A stretch of DNA of 64,000 bases, taken from positions 208,007 to 272,006 of the forward strand of contig JAFVUD010000005.1 of the NCBI GenBank assembly GCA_017502865.1. The letters run 5' to 3'. The stretch's first letter is position 1, and every line of letters starts with the position of its first letter. The position numbers were made by a program, and so were the translations under genes. Shown here piece by piece: positions 61,957 through 64,000 of this stretch. A model generated the notes under the pieces. The model was given only the letters and a program-made list of their open reading frames with translations, was not told the origin of the DNA and searched no databases. This DNA comes from Alphaproteobacteria bacterium (GTDB lineage: Bacteria; Pseudomonadota; Alphaproteobacteria; Rs-D84).

Positions 61957-64000
61957 TTACATATTTATATCTTCGCAACTTTCAATTTCCTGGCAGAATT
62001 CTTCCTTGCCTGATGCCATCATACCCATGATACCACCACCAATCATACCAACAACACCACCAATTGCAGTTCCCCAACCCGGTGTCACCATTGTACCAGC
62101 CGATGCCCCCGCTGATAATCCACCTGCGGCACCCTTGGCAAAACCTGCACCCTTGGATTCACCACCTGTTTCGCAAACCTGTTGCATACGGCACACATGG
62201 CAATTACGCAAATCTGGTTCAAAATGCACACTGCGGATATAACTATAGTTCTTATCAGATTCATCCGGTTTTTCTACTTTATATGTGTTATAGCAGTTCT
62301 GTTTTGCCTGTTCCAAATCCTGTTTACGTGACAGTTCGGCAATTTTCATTTCCAACGCACGCAATGCACGATTTTCCGCACCAATTTCTGCAATCATCTT
62401 TGCAGAATTGAATACGCTGTCCCCCAGACTTTTGCGACCTGCTGGCTTTTTACTGTCCATACATGCCGCAACCGTGATATCTTTTTCAAACTGCTTAAAG
62501 AAATCTGCCACTGCTGTCTTGGAATTATTACGCACTGTTGCACGCAATGCGACCAAGCCTTCTTCGGTGTCTGGGATATCCAGCAAAGATTCCACCGTGG
62601 AATCAGATGGCAAACATGCCATATCTGTACCACAAACCTTGCCCAGTTGTTCGCCAAAATAGTTTACACAGCCCTGCAACAATTGATAATCCATCTGCAA
62701 CATAACAGCCTGGACAATAATATCAAACTGTGTTTCATTTTTGCATGACGGATACATAGATTGTGGACACAGTTCTACAATCTCAGATGTCTTTTTGCCG
62801 ACACATTCTGGTGCATTAAAGTTTTCACCACATTTATCACGCAAACATTTATCAATATCATTTTGACAGAATTGTGTACGCAAGAATCCCAACTTATCAT
62901 TCACAACTGTCTTAATACCTGGAATCATGGCTTCACATTCATCAATAATTGGGCAAACACCCGCCGCAACATTAACGTCTGTCAAACACGCAGAATTAGT
63001 CGATGTTGAACACCCATCTTCTAAACAGGTCTGAATCCGTGCCAAACATGTCTGGCGACGATATTTGTCTGCATATTGTGCTGCATCAACCAAAATTGCC
63101 TGCGATTCCGCTTCCCAGTCGGTCAACACATATGAACGCACCGCCATACACTGGTCCAGAACATTTTCACATGCATTTGCACGACGGCCCAACAAATCCG
63201 CATCCAAACAGTTTTCAAAGTTTGCACCACATCCACCCTTGTCTGCGATACAGGCTTTATACGCCAACAAACATTCACCACGATTATATTTGTTGGTTGT
63301 ATCCAGCATTTCTAAACGTGCCTTACGCACAGCCGCTTCGGCCGTACGTTTATTCGCCTGGGCATTAATCTTTTGATCTGACAAATATGATTCAAACGAT
63401 TTACAATCTGCAATCACCTGACGCAGATACAGCATTTCTTCCATATCCGCCTTGGAACTGCACGAATCCAATTCCGACGCACAGAATTCAGATGCCATCG
63501 CATACAAACCATCACCAATATCTGCGTCTGCACCCAACGATTCGTCATCATCAACCGAACCATTCAACCATTCTGAAAAACTTAACCCCGACGCACGCGA
63601 ACTCTTCTTGGCCGCTTCACTTTCGCCAAAGACCAACTTTGCCTTGGCCCCTAACTGTTCACGTTCAACACCTTCGGTATATAATTTATCTGCTTCTTCC
63701 TGGATTTTTTGAATTTCCAAAATCAAATCTTTGGACTGATTGATATTAGACGAACAGGCACAACGATAGCCTTCGGATTCATCCAGCAGACAGAATTCAT
63801 CCATACATGCACGATACGCCTCGCGACAATCTTTCTTTTCGACCGGTGTATCATCCGCACCTGAATCACCATTACCAGAATCATCACCTGAATTTCCAGA
63901 ATCATTACCTGAATTATCATTACCACCCGACGGCTTTTGCGAAACATTCACATCCGCAGACGGCGTATTAACCACCTTGTTCACGGCGGCATTAACACTC
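61957..64000 (-). CDS. giant Cys-rich protein, CMDxFC family paralog 3; 5' end probably beyond the right edge
   Basis: The frame is open to position 64000 (track start 63984 is a GTG, and no signal peptide has appeared yet). Signature CREAYRACMDEFCLLDESEGYRCACS. C-terminal RNCHVC...glycine-zipper hydrophobic segment...CEDINM. Confidence 0.72.
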   Translation of the reverse strand, partial: SVNAAVNKVVNTPSADVNVSQKPSGGNDNSGNDSGNSGDDSGNGDSGADDTPVEKKDCREAYRACMDEFCLLDESEGYRCACSSNINQSKDLILEIQKIQEEADKLYTEGVEREQLGAKAKLVFGESEAAKKSSRASGLSFSEWLNGSVDDDESLGADADIGDGLYAMASEFCASELDSCSSKADMEEMLYLRQVIADCKSFESYLSDQKINAQANKRTAEAAVRKARLEMLDTTNKYNRGECLLAYKACIADKGGCGANFENCLDADLLGRRANACENVLDQCMAVRSYVLTDWEAESQAILVDAAQYADKYRRQTCLARIQTCLEDGCSTSTNSACLTDVNVAAGVCPIIDECEAMIPGIKTVVNDKLGFLRTQFCQNDIDKCLRDKCGENFNAPECVGKKTSEIVELCPQSMYPSCKNETQFDIIVQAVMLQMDYQLLQGCVNYFGEQLGKVCGTDMACLPSDSTVESLLDIPDTEEGLVALRATVRNNSKTAVADFFKQFEKDITVAACMDSKKPAGRKSLGDSVFNSAKMIAEIGAENRALRALEMKIAELSRKQDLEQAKQNCYNTYKVEKPDESDKNYSYIRSVHFEPDLRNCHVCRMQQVCETGGESKGAGFAKGAAGGLSAGASAGTMVTPGWGTAIGGVVGMIGGGIMGMMASGKEEFCQEIESCEDINM

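Overview
This 64 kb chromosomal window comes from a moderately AT-rich Gram-negative bacterium. EF-Ts, S21, L9 and L28 with charged tails, an RNase E with an acidic insert in its S1 domain, and the envC-like/ctpA and lptC-lptB neighbourhoods all look alphaproteobacterial. A single-chain pyruvate:ferredoxin oxidoreductase suggests an anaerobic, possibly host-associated lifestyle; the taxonomy is inference only.

Housekeeping backbone: nifJ (partial), ctpA, envC-like, tyrS, lptC/lptB, tsf, rpsB, pth, polA, rpsF-rpsR-rplI, rpsU, clpB, rpmB, recO, rne, mscS, and three tRNAs (Leu-AAG, Ala-TGC, Leu-CAA).

Accessory envelope content is interleaved with this backbone:
- An S8 protease, an alpha-2-macroglobulin and a PBP1C block.
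- Several outer-membrane barrels, one possibly omptin-like.
- Two tandem glycine-rich paralogs.
- A membrane-anchored DsbA-like oxidoreductase.
- A large set of very cysteine-rich secreted proteins.

The most notable observations:
1. Three giant Cys-rich paralogs at two loci (28749-31757 and 59391-64000) share a C-x3-Y-x2-CMDxFC-x7/8-CxCS signature that I cannot assign to any family.
2. A family of GC-rich modular (BIME-like) hairpin repeats forms three intergenic clusters, with compensatory base changes between copies. Two clusters bracket a Cys-rich adhesin-like gene whose 3' end switches composition exactly at a 44-bp box that recurs 1.4 kb away.
3. A two-gene cassette (Fic domain with a degenerate active site plus an APH-type kinase) sits on the opposite strand between envC-like and ctpA.
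4. A tRNA-Leu carries an AAG (A34) anticodon.
5. A promoter- and terminator-bounded small-RNA/attenuator-like region lies downstream of clpB.
6. clpB lacks the N-terminal domain.
7. An orphan MotA/MotB-like pair has a long coiled coil.
8. One protein carries two canonical AT-hooks.

The ORF track uses ATG, GTG and TTG and takes the longest ORF, so I corrected many starts by hand.
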